The position numbers and the translations under genes were made by a program. A stretch of 64,000 nt of DNA from Anthoceros angustus (taxonomy: Eukaryota > Plantae > Anthocerotophyta), in contig MU008170.1 of the NCBI GenBank assembly GCA_010909165.1, positions 1,302,001 through 1,366,000 of the forward strand. The letters run 5' to 3'. The notes under the pieces were generated by a model. That model was not told the DNA's origin. It did no database searches and worked only from the letters and a program-made list of their open reading frames with translations. This document shows, one piece after another, positions 16,329 to 28,011 of the stretch; position 1 is the first letter of the stretch, and every line of letters begins with the position of its first letter.

Positions 16329-18031
16329 CTTGCAAAGATCCTCCTCTCGTATCATGTAAACCCAAAGAAATTGAGCTGTCTCATATCAATAAGATTACGT
16401 TAATCGAAATAGCACATCCTCAAGAAGTACAATGAGAACCATAACGTGATAAAATATCCTAAAATTGAGACATGACAAAATATCGACTAAAATTAAGACA
16501 CGATAAAATATCCGGCTAAAATTGAGACATGACAAAATATCGACTAAAATTAAGACACGATAAAATATCTGACTAAAATTAAGACATGATAAAATATTCG
16601 GCTAAAATTAAGATATGATAAAATATCCAGCTAAAATGAAGACACTTTATTTCATACTTCTTTTGGCTTGGCGATCTTGTAATCCGCCTCCATTGGGCGT
16701 GATTCCTATCCCAAGATGTTCCAAAGAATGTGGATTCGGATTACGTTTAGCCATACACCTCACCCATTCAAGGAACTCATCCTTTTCCATCCTTCCAATC
16801 AGAAGAATGATATTTTTAATTCATATTTTTAATTAAAATAAATCAATATAAAATGTACTAATTCAATACCAGGTCAAGACAATCTCGATATGTATGAAGG
16901 TTGAAATTCAAACGATGAACATATGGAAGACCTTCAAATTTGATAACTCCACGATCAAAATTTCTGTAAAACCAAAAAACATTTTAGTTCCCTTTCCAAT
17001 AAAACAATATTGACTACCTCTACCATGCCACAAAAATTATAGGGTCCTGATAAACAGACCGCGCGGCTTCAATCTCAGTGTGACTCGTGCCTGTGAACAA
17101 ATGTAAAAAGACAATGTTAATAAATCTAGATCAGCAAAAAGTTATTAGTTCACACCTTAGATCATTACATTGACAACTTACCAAGATATTGTTGTTTTCC
17201 AGCTTTTCCACTTTTTTGTGCTTTTCTTTTTCGAGATGTTCCTTGAAGATCCTTCTTTGCACTTTCCCTGAATACAAGCGAAGGATCATCAATATCTAGC
17301 AAACCTATCCAAAAAACCAACAAAACCCGTGCAAAGTTTTGTGGGTAATGTATGACTCACCAAATGTGTGACTCCCAACGGTTGGTACGACGGTAGAAAT
17401 TTACACCATGGTACTTAGATGCCTTTTTTTTTTCTCTTGTGTCTTCAACTTTCTTCTCAAGGGTAAAATCAAATTCCCCAAGCATAATTAGTGTTGCATT
17501 GCTTCGAACCCAATTCCGATCTACAATAGCATATTCTAGAAATATTGACAGAAATCCCTTGGTGCGTGCTTCCTTCAAGGTCAATGGAGGACGAGGCACA
17601 TGGTATATATTTTCCTGTATTCCATACATGGTAAACATTATTATACTATTAAGAATCAATTTCAAATAAATAATGTGAATTTGTGCATCATGAAAAGCTT
17701 GTATGTATCATGAAAAGCTTGTATAACTTACCTTGTCGACATCTTTCTTGCCCTTGAATACATCATTTCCACTTCTCCGAACTCCATCTACATACACTCA
17801 TTATAATCCATAATCAAAAGACAAAGATATTAATACAAAATGAGTACGCAAGCTGGTAATATGTGAAAGAAAACATGTATTAATACTTCTACTAAAAGAC
17901 ATTCACAGATTGCAAAAGTCTCATATACTTTATGCGAATCTGTAAAACAAATCGAAATACTCAATTGCAAATCAAAATGCTCTAATGCACTTACCGTGGG
18001 CAACATGACATAAATCACTATTACCAGCCAT
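16329..18031 (-). pseudogene. Highly diverged euAP2-like (double AP2 domain) transcription factor gene or pseudogene, at least 8 exons
   Basis: Exons 18031-17995, 17787-17732, 17614-17361, 17267-17182, 17090-17060, 16963-16870 splice in frame with GT-AG: MAGNSDLCHVAH|DGVRR...|...ASKYHGVNFYRRTNRWESHIW|ESAKK...GKQQYLG|TSHTEIEAAR|NFDRGVIKFEG...LNFNLHTYRDCLDL. Exons ~16799-16658 (MEKDEFLEWVR) and 16375-16329 (SISLGLHDT) are damaged. Motifs and intron positions parallel euAP2 (FYRRTGRWESHIW|DCGKQVYLG|GFDTAHAAAR|AYDRAAIKFRG). Confidence 0.85.
16447..16645. repeat. 29-bp intronic minisatellite x7
   Basis: gataaaatatccggctaaaattaagacat units. Confidence 0.9.
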
Positions 18032-18593
18032 AAACTAGTCTCGAATGAACAAGTTAAAAATGAAATAAAAGCAAACACATAAACTCAAAATAAAGAAATT
18101 TGCAATAGAGAGATTGGAGACCTAAATAGAGTCTAGCTTACATATATAGTCCAAGGTAGTCAACAAATTTCGCTGGCTAAGCAAATATATTCAAAAAATC
18201 TCGCTAGCAAGTAACAAATGGAAAATAATTCTTGATGTTCGAAATAAAATTCATCATCTATGTATTGCATTGATATTTTTAATTTAACATATCAAGACAA
18301 CAACCAACACATGTCTTTCCATAAATTCGTTCAAAGCTTGCACGTCTTTCAATAAATTCATACAAATCTTAGATTCTTGTTTATGTAAGAGAGTATTGCT
18401 CTGAATCTTCTTCTTCTCACCCTAATCGGCTAACCCATCTACAGAAGTCACCCTCAACTAGGAACGTGACCCGACACTAAAACGGATCCAAGACTGGCTA
18501 TTTGAATGCGTCCAAGTGCGGGCTAGGTATCTCTCGCACCTTAAGATCAAGATTGTCCAGCTCTGTCGCATAAATGTGAGCCCGAAAGCTCAG

Positions 18594-21275
18594 TTTTGCG
18601 CATCCAGCTCCATCGCATCAATGTGCGTCCATTGCGCGTCCAGCTCCGTCGCATCAATGTGCTTCCATTGCGCGTCCAGCTCCGTCGCATCAATGTGCGT
18701 CCATTGCGCGTCCAACTCCATCGCAGCAATGTGCGTCCATTGCGCATCCAGTTGCGTCGCATCAATGCACGTCCATTGAGAGTCCAGCTATGTCGCATCA
18801 ATGCACCTCCATTGCGAGTCTAGCTCCGTCGCATCAATGTGCGTCCATTGCGCATCCAGCTTCGTCGCATCAATGTGCGTCCATTGCACGTCCAGCTCCG
18901 TCACATCAATGTGCGTCCATTGCGCATCCAGCTGCGTTGCATTAATGCACGCCCATTGAGAGTCCAGCTATGTCGCATCAATGCACCTCCATTGCGAGTC
19001 TAGCTCCGTCGCATCAATGTGCATCCATTGCGCGTCCAGCTACGTCGCATCAATGTGCGTCCATTGCGCATCCAGCTCCGTCGCATCAATGTGCGTCCAT
19101 TGCGCGTCATTCCGTCGCATCAATGTGCGTCCATTGTGCATCCGGTGCGTCGCATCAATACCGCGTCCATTGAGAGTCCGATTATGTCCCATCAATGCAC
19201 CTCCATTGCTAGTCTAGCTCCGCATCAATGTGCGTCCATTACGCGTCCGGGGCATCAATGTGCATCCATTGCGCGTCCAGCTCCGTCACATCAATGTGCG
19301 TCCATTGCGCATCCAGCTCCGTCGCATCAATGCACATCCATTGAGAGTCCAAGTGTGTCGCATCAATGCACCTCCATTGCGAGTCTAGCTCCGTCGCATC
19401 AATGTGTGTCCATTGCACGTCCATTCGTCGCATCAATGTCGTCCATTGCGGCGTCCGGCTCGTCACATCAATGCGTCCATTGCGCATCAATGCGTCCATT
19501 GCGCATCCAATGCGTCGCATCAATGCACATCCATTGAGAGTCCGGTATGGCGCGTCAATGCACCTCCATTGCGAGTCTAGCTCGTCGCATCAATATGCGT
19601 CCATTGCGGCGTCCGGCTCGTCACATCAATGCGCGTCCATTGAGAGTCCGGCTATATGCATCAATGCACCTCCATTGCGAGTCTAGCTCGTCGCATCAAT
19701 GTGCATCCATTGCGCGTCGGCTCGTCGCATCAATGTCGTCCATTGCGCATCGGCTCTCGCATCAATGCGTCCATTGCGCGTCCAACTCCATCGCAGCAAT
19801 GTGCGTCCATTGCGCATCCAGTTGCGTCGCATCAATGCACGTCCATTGAGAGTCCAGTTATGTCCCATCAATGCACCTCCATTGCTAGTCTAGCTCCGTC
19901 GCATCAATGTGCGTCCATTACGCGTCCAGGTCCGTCGCATCAATGTGCATCCATTGCGCGTCCAGCTCCGTCACATCAATGTGCGTCCATTGCGCATCCA
20001 GCTCCGTCGCATCAATGCACATCCATTGAGAGTCCAAGTGTGTCGCATCAATGCACCTCCATTGCGAGTCTAGCTCCGTGGCATCAATGTGTGTCCATTG
20101 CACGTCCATTCGTCGCATCAATGTCGTCCATTGCGGCGTCCGGCTCGTCACATCAATGCGTCCATTGCGCATCAATGCGTCCATTGCGCATCCAATGCGT
20201 CGCATCAATGCACATCCATTGAGAGTCCGGTATGGCGCGTCAATGCACCTCCATTGCGAGTCTAGCTCGTCGCATCAATATGCGTCCATTGCGGCGTCCG
20301 GCTCGTCACATCAATGCGCGTCCATTGAGAGTCCGGCTATATGCATCAATGCACCTCCATTGCGAGTCTAGCTCCGTCGCATCAATGTGCATCCATTGCG
20401 CGTCCAGCTACGTCGCATCAATGTGCGTCCATTGCGCATCCAGCTCCGTCGCATCAATGTGCGTCCATTGCGCGTCCAGCTCCGTCGCATCAATGTGCGT
20501 CCATTGTGCATCCAGCTGCGTCGCATCAATGCACGTCCATTGAGAGTCCAGTTATGTCCCATCAATGCACCTCCATTGCTAGTCTAGCTCCGTCGCATCA
20601 ATGTGCGTCCATTACGCGTCCAGGTCCGTCGCATCAATGTGCATCCATTGCGCGTCCAGCTCCGTCACATCAATGTGCGTCCATTGCGTCGCATCAATGC
20701 GCATCCATTGCGCATCCATTGAGAGTCCAAGTGTGTCGCATCAATGCACCTCCATTGCGAGTCTAGCTCCGTGGCATCAATGTGTGTCCATTGCACGTCC
20801 AGCTACGTCGCATCAATGTGCGTCCATTGCACGTCCAGCTCCGTCACATCAATGTGCGTCCATTGCGCATCCGGCGTCGCATCAATGCACATCCATTGAG
20901 AGTCCGGTACATGACGCATCAATGCACCTCCATTGCGAGTCTAGCTCGTCGCATCAGTGCGTCCATTGCGGCGTCCATTCGTCACATCAATGCGCGTGGT
21001 GAGAGTCCGGCCGCGCATCAATGCACGTCCATTGTGAGTCTAGCTCCGTCGCATCAATGCGCATCCCTTGCGCATCTAGCTCCATCGTATCAATGCACAT
21101 CCCTTTCATGTCCACCTCAATTGCATCAATACGCATCTATTGCGCGTCCAACTCTGTCGCATCAATGCGCATCTATTGTGCGTCTAGCTCTGTCGCATCA
21201 ATGCGCATCTAGCACCAGTGCGCATCTACTGTGCATCCATCTCTATCGCATCTATTGCGCATCCAGCTCGGTCGC
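18594..21275. repeat. 36-bp CpG-rich satellite with higher-order structure
   Basis: Consensus TCCAGCTCCGTCGCATCAATGTGCGTCCATTGCGCG; a variant monomer pair (CATTGAGAG then CACCTCCATTGCGAGTCTAG) recurs periodically; array continues at 27737-28011 and 35105-35125. Confidence 0.95.
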
Positions 21276-21467
21276 TGTAGAGTTTTACACAACGCTTGCT
21301 ATGCACAATAGAGCCTACACAACTTGAATAATGAATTATGTGTGTGTGTGTCAAAGGACATGAACGTCTAGAAACGGTTACAACTAATAACTATATACAG
21401 CCCTAACACTAACCCAAATATGTAATGTATAATGTAAAGTATATATGAGAGAGGCATATATTTAACA
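21276..21467 (-). repeat. Copia 3' LTR
   Basis: Near-identical to 27545-27736. Confidence 0.95.
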
Positions 21468-22456
21468 CTCCCACTCATTATCATTACGGGATAATTGAAA
21501 GACTAAATCTAGACCTAAAACCCTTCTGATTCAAAATGACGAAGACTACAGTCTCCACGCCTCCTCTCTGACCTACGCGTCTCAGTGTTCAGGTTACGCT
21601 CAGCTCAGCTAGCCGCCAAAACTCAGAATGTCGAGCTCCAGCTGCAGCACAGTTGCCACCTCTCAAGCTCCAAGGACTGACGGCAGGCCAAGCTGCATCT
21701 GCATAGAAGATCACCCTGTGTGTCCAATCCACGGCATGATTCCGAAATCTCTCCAGCTCCAGCAAGCAGAATTCTCCATGACACATTGGAGGAGAAGGCT
21801 GCGAAGATCACAACGGAGCTTGAGGCGCTCAAGAACCAGCTTGCTAGAGGAAACCATAGGTCAGCGGCAACTGGTAACGCCAGTCTTCTGCCTTCTAGCA
21901 TCGCCCTTGATTGCAAGATTGCTGCAGCGAATGGGGACGACCAGAAGATTGTGCTGCCGACTTCCTTTGTTCCAAGACCTATTCAGTTGCCAAGAGGTCA
22001 CCAGAGGGATTAGAGTGCTGACAGACGGGAACGGAGTTGATGACCCTCTAACACCTGAGACCTACGCCTGCGGTTATGGTCAGAGAGAACTGGTTCAGAT
22101 GGGGAGGAGGAGATGCTAATTTCATCACATTCTACGGTAAGTTCCAGCAGCTCAAATCTGTCTCCCACTGTTTGTGTGGTGTGAGCACTGCTGCCTAATT
22201 CACTAACGGCTGCTACTGTCATGTGTTACAGTTTCGAGGGCCAAGATGTGTGAAGAGGCTGACATAGTTTACAACTCTTCAGAAGAAGAAAACCAGCCTA
22301 ACTACGACCCAAATTTTCTAAACCTTCTCAAAGCAAGCAGGAATGAGAAGAGGTCCTTGTTCTTTGGAACTGACGATACTTCATCTGAGTCTGGCTAGGC
22401 AACTTTAGCGGCCCATGATCGTGGTGAACTCTGATTGACACAGCAGCAATGACCTG

Positions 22457-25400
22457 TTACTTTTTGACACTGTCTGACTCTAGAACTCCCAAAGACTCCT
22501 TAAACTGGTAATGTTTGAGCGTTGGTAAAGACTTTGTGAGAATATCTGCAGTGTTGGAGTCAGTCGCTATATATTCGAGTCTGATGTGTCCTTCTGTAAT
22601 AGCATCTCTAACGAAGTGATGGTGCACTTCGATATGTTTTGTTCTTGCGTGATATACAGGATTTTGAGCTAACGCCAGTGCAGATTGGTTGTCACAATAT
22701 ATTAATGTTGGTTCTTTACTGCCGCCCAAGACCGCCAAAACCTTCGTAACGGATAGCCTCTTTTCTTTGCATGGGTAAGTGCCTAACACGCCAGAGAAGT
22801 CAAGGATACGATGCTTTGTTCTTGACCGGTGGCACCATGCCAATAAAAATGCATATGCAGAGACTGACCTTCTTGTGTTGACATCTGCAGCCCAGTCAGC
22901 GTCACAATATCCTATCAAGGTAAGAGGTTCATTATCACTTGCTCTCTTTGTGTAGTGCACATCATGTGTGGTTGTCCCTTTTAGGTATCCAAGTATTCTT
23001 TTGGTAGCAGACCAATGGGTTCTACCTGGCTCTTTTAGAAACTGGGACACCATACTCACTGCAAGTGCTACATCTGGACGGCTATGATTTGAACAGAAGA
23101 TAAGAGAACCTACTGCCTGAGCATAGGGAACTCCTGCCATCTCACTCTTCTCATCGTCAATTTGAGGGGACTGACTCTTGCTAAGTTTGCAACCAGACTC
23201 AAGTGGAGTAAGAGCTGGCTTTGCTTCAGTAAGCTTATACTTGAAGAGCATGTCAAGTATATACTTCTGCTGATGGATAACCAATGTGCCTGTGGCAGGA
23301 ATTCTTTGGAGCTATGTTCCCAAGCAGTATGACAGCTCACCGACATCCACCATCTCAAAACGTCCTAACAGTAAGCCTTTGACACGCTCAATCTTCTTAA
23401 GATTAGTACCAAGTAATATGCAATCATCCAATAAAGTGCAAGTATAACATAATCTTCTCCGTCTTGCAGCAGGTACACATTTGCATCAGCTGAACTTTTT
23501 ACAAAGCCAAGGCCAAGAAGAAACTCATCAATGCACTCATACCAAGCACGAGGGCTCTGCTTCAGGCCATATAGAGTCTTCAGCAACCTGCAGACCCAGT
23601 CCTCCTTACCTTCAAACTCGAAACCTTCAGGTTGTTGCATAAATATTTCTTCTTCCAGTTTGCCATGCAAGAATGCAGTTTTAACGTCCATCTGGTGGAT
23701 GAGCAGGCCAAAGAATGCTGACATGGAGAAGAGTACACGCAGCGACTGTGATTTCACCACGGGAGAGAATGTTTCATGATAGTCCAAGCCGGGAACTTGA
23801 GAAAATCCACGAGCAACAAGTCTTGCCTTATACCGGGAGATTGTGCCATCAGCCTTATACTTCAACTTGAAGACCCACTTGGAGGTAACTTTCTTCCTCC
23901 CCTGAGGTGGAGGGCATAACTCCCAGGTATTGTTGGCAATCAAAGAGTCATATTCAGATTGAATAGCTGCCTTCCAGAACGTGGATTCAGGACATGTGAT
24001 AGCCTCCTGATAGGTTTGTGGTTCGTGACCAGGGTTGACGGTAAGGTTCACTCCATGAACGACATCAACTACAAACTCACCAGGACCAGAACCAAGAGGA
24101 CGAGGAACAGGTCTGTCATCGTGACTGGGTCGCCAATCAATACTACGATATGGACGTTCAACCCACTCATCAAGAGGACGATGTACTCGAGCTGAACGAT
24201 GAGGAAGGGGCACTTCAGGTGCTGGGGCAGGCTCAGGTATAACAGGCTCATCCTCATACTGACCAAGTTCATCTTCAAACAAAGGATCGACACCCTCGAC
24301 TCCAGGATCTGACTCTAGATCATGTTGTTCAGGAACAGACAATGTGTCAGAAATATCTGGATCTGACAGAGGACCAGATGCTTGTGTGACATGATCATCA
24401 CCGAAAGGCTCGGGATCAGGGGTCTCGGGGCCATCCTCTGCATCAACAACTGGTAAGACATCTACATAAGATGGATCTGACACAGGAAATTCAGCAACAT
24501 CTGACACATCTGAGGGATGCTGTTTAGGATCTTCTACAGCATCTGTTATAGCAGCGACATCTTCCAAGCCAGGATTTGAAGTTTGTAAGACGCTTCTCTC
24601 ATCAAACATGACAATACGGGCATACACCACTCTACGTGACTCAGGTTCGAACAATTTATAACCATGAATGCCTGGAGTGTACCCAATGAAGATATGTCGT
24701 TTGATTTATAGTCGAACTTACGCATTAGCTTGTCGGGAACATGTGCATACGCAACACTGCCGAAGGTACGAAGATGTGAGACATCTGGCTTAGCTCCCGT
24801 CCAAGCTTCAAATGGTGTTCCACCAGGAAGAGAAGAAACAGCAATCCGGTTTTGAAGATAAGTTGCAACTGCGACGCCCGCCTGAATTTGATTGACAACC
24901 TCCCCTAGAATAGTAGTGATCTGGTTGCATCCTATATTGTTCGATGTCTCCTCTCTGCCCGACCATTCATATCGGAGTGATATGGAATAGTCAGCTGACG
25001 AGTAATGCCACGCTCCTGACAGAACTCCTGAAATGCTTGTGATAGGTACTCCTTGCCGTTATCAGAACGAATGCATTTCAGCTTGTATCCTGTCTGTCTC
25101 TCAGCATAGGCAAGATACTTTTTGAAACTGTCAAACACTTGGCTCTTATGATTCAGCAGATCAGTTACAGTGAAGTGAGTACGATCATCTTCAAATACTA
25201 CAAAGTAACGTGCACCTCCCCATGAGGGAGTGGACATTGGTCCACATATGTCAATGTGGACCAGATCAAGAATATCTAAAGCTTTCCGTGGTCTCCCACT
25301 GCCGAAATGAGATTTGAATTGCTTACCATGGACACATGCCACACACAGCTCCAAGGCCGGTAAGTCTGATTCACTGAACCCTGTGACCATCTTCTCTTTA

Positions 25401-26849
25401 AGTAGCCTCCGCATAGCTTGTAAGTTGGGATGGCCCAAGCGGCAATGCCATCGAAATGCATTGCTAGGTGACGGTCTAACATTTGCTGTGTGGGCTGTAG
25501 CAGGAGGAGTCACTGAAAAGAAGTCAAGTAGATACAAATCATACAGTGGCTTACCACGAGCAACCACCATGGAAGTGGATAGATGTGACACAACACACTC
25601 TGTCCCTTCAAAGGCAACTCTGTACCTTCCTTCTCTGCATAAGACCATAGTACTGACCAAGTTTTTAGTCAAAGCTGGTACATGCAAAGTGTTCTCAAGC
25701 TGCAGCAAGTCTCTATTGTGCAAACGAACTGTGATACTCCCAGATCCCTTAATTGCAAGCTGAGAGTTGTCTCCAAGCACCACTGCATGACCTTGACACT
25801 CTGGTGATGTCTGATAGGTAGCAAAGTACTTTCGTTGAGAACACATGTGGTTAGATGCCCCACTATCCAGGAACCTTCTATGTGAATTCTTGGATACAGC
25901 GGTGAGACATGTAATCAACAAGCCAGGTGTGGAAGAACGTGCAACTCCTGCTACATTTGCTTCACCTGGTTTTGATCTGCCTCCTTCATCTGTTTTTCGT
26001 TTCCTGCAATCCTTGATCCAATGCCCAGGCTCATTGCAATAATTACAAACTCCTGGTTTCTTCCCTACAGACGGTGTGGAGCTAGAACCAGATGAGAACG
26101 CTTGTCCTCGACCTCGTCCGACTCCACCTCGACCTCGTCCTCGGTCACGACCACGTCCACGACCGATAAAGAGTGCAGTATCACTCTGTTTGTGAGAAGA
26201 ACTGGATCCATCCTTGCTTATTTTCCACCGCTTCGCTAGTAAGGCAGACCAACTTTCCGAACTGTAAGGCTAGAAGTGGCGGTGTAGTTGACATGGCAGC
26301 GGGGCTGTTAGAACTCCACTGTTCATAGCTAGGAGGCAACGAGGCTAAGAGTTGCACTGCTGCTCTTGATTCAGAAATGATAACACCACAAGAAGCCAGT
26401 TTTGCCCTTGCTGCCCGAAACTTGGCTAGATGACTCTCGACTGAATCATTCTCCCTCATCTTCAGTGACTGGAAATGCTGCGTTGCTGCTACCTCTGACA
26501 TTATGTCTTTTGATTCATATGTTTCTAATAGGGCGTCCACATTTCTGCAGATAGCTTCGTCAACTTGATATGAGGTATCATCTCTTGGGACACATAAGCA
26601 ACTAATATCGTTTTGGCCTTCCTATCCAGTTTATGCCAAACAACGTCTTCTGTCGTTGTGCAAGGGATGACATTTCCTTGAGTATCCTTCTTGCCCGAAT
26701 CCTCTCCTGTAATTCTTTCTGGAAGAGTGCCATCTACAATATCCATGAGACCTTTATCTTCAAGGATACATCGTACCCTAAAACTCCATGCATCGTAGTT
26801 GTGAGGCGAGCATCGCATCCTGGGCAATCGAGTCGATGCGCTCTGCCAT
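22457..26849 (-). pseudogene. Copia gag-pol polyprotein (frameshifted in this sequence)
   Basis: Domain order Gag (NYDAWSFRVRCILEDKGL), Zn knuckle CNYCNEPGHWIKDC, protease FLDSGASNHM, WHCRLGH, integrase (IRSDNGKEY), RT (QMDVKTAFLHG), RNase H (YCDADWA, IYCDNQSA, TADILTKSL). Confidence 0.93.
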
Positions 26850-27544
26850 GATCGATCTTTGGGTTGTAATACCCACTCTAGGGTTGAGGGATTTGAGCAA
26901 AGGCTAACTCCTTCAAAGTTAGCAATCTCATCAGCCTGCAGGTTACTCTTCGTTGTTTGCTGTGAGATGGCCAACGTGTCTTCCTCACACCGTGTAGAAA
27001 TATGTTGCTGTTGTATCAACAAGTTGTCCACGTTATGCTTTGTGAACCAGACTTGAACCTTCAGTTCTTGAAGCTTGTCACACAACTCGTCAAGTCTGCT
27101 TGAAGACGGCTGAGAGGAGCTAGGGGAGGAACTACCAATGTATTCAAAAGGTGTCTCTCTCCTGCGAGATCGGGTTGGAGAGCCTGATTGTTCACTAATA
27201 GAACTTGCTTCTGGAAAATTGGATTGAAGAAAAGAGGACAAAAATCTTCTTCTCTCCTCCTTCTGAATTCGAGAGAGTGGATTAAGAAAGTACAGCCTCT
27301 CAAATTCTGAAACAAACCTATTAGTGTCAGAAGGACAGGAATCCCTCCTAGGCGTGATCGGCCGATCCAACTCCTGACCCTGATGCCTGCAAAAATTTCT
27401 ACGAGGCATCTCGCTTATTGCTAATTACAAAATGCATTTCTTGAGCAAACAAGAAAACCAAGAACTCATTTTTAAAATGAGTCTTAATGCAGATTATTGT
27501 AGCAATAAGTGCATAGCTCCAGGATCGATGGTGCTCTGATACCA

Positions 27545-27736
27545 TGTAGAGTTTTACACAACGCTGGCTATGCACAATAGAGCCTACACAACTTGAATAA
27601 TGAATTATGTGTGTGTGTGTCAAAGGACATGAACGTCTAGAAACGGTTACAACTAATAACTATATACAGCCCTAACACTAACCCAAATATGTAATGTATA
27701 ATGTAAAGTATATATGAGAGAGGCATATATTTAACA
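27545..27736 (-). repeat. Copia 5' LTR
   Basis: Adjacent to the PBS; near-identical to 21276-21467. Confidence 0.95.
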
Positions 27737-28011
27737 GTCGCATCAGTGCACATCTATTGCACATCTAGCTCCGTCGCATCAATGCGCATCCATTGCGCAT
27801 CCAGCTGTGTCGCATCAATACGCGTCCATTGCACGTCCAAATCCGTCGCATTAATGCGCGTCCTGCTCTGTTGCATCAATGGCCCCATCGTATGATGGCC
27901 CAATGATGGTTATACGCCAACAAAAAATCGTGTCCAACTCCAACGCATCGATGCGCGTCCAACTCCATCACATCAATGCACGTGCAGCTCCGCTGCATCA
28001 ATACATGTCTC
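27737..28011. repeat. Degenerate continuation of the 36-bp satellite
   Basis: gtcgcatcaatg..cattgcgc units resume right after the Copia TSD. Confidence 0.85.

Larger units (their letters stand above)
12945..18590. repeat. Copy B (most complete) of the AT-rich composite module
   Basis: 12950-17568 is colinear and highly similar to 35300-39538. Confidence 0.9.
21276..27736 (-). mobile_element. Full-length young Ty1/Copia LTR retrotransposon
   Basis: 192-bp LTRs 21276-21467 and 27545-27736 (TG..CA, 1 mismatch seen); TSD GTCGC at 21271-21275 and 27737-27741; tRNA-iMet PBS TGGTATCAGAGC at 27533-27544; PPT AGTGGGAG at 21468-21475. Confidence 0.97.

Noticed and set aside
5757-18590. Calling the composite module a Helitron or Pack-MULE
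   Set aside because: No TC...CTRR termini with a subterminal hairpin, no TIRs and no TSD could be identified
18594-21275. CRISPR array (36-bp repeats with an internal palindrome)
   Set aside because: Repeats are head-to-tail with no unique spacers, there are no cas genes, and the context is eukaryotic
18516-21327. CxxC-repeat (ASMCVHCASSSV) metal-binding protein ORFs
   Set aside because: That frame has a TGA in every higher-order unit; the ORFs are by-products of a 36-bp satellite
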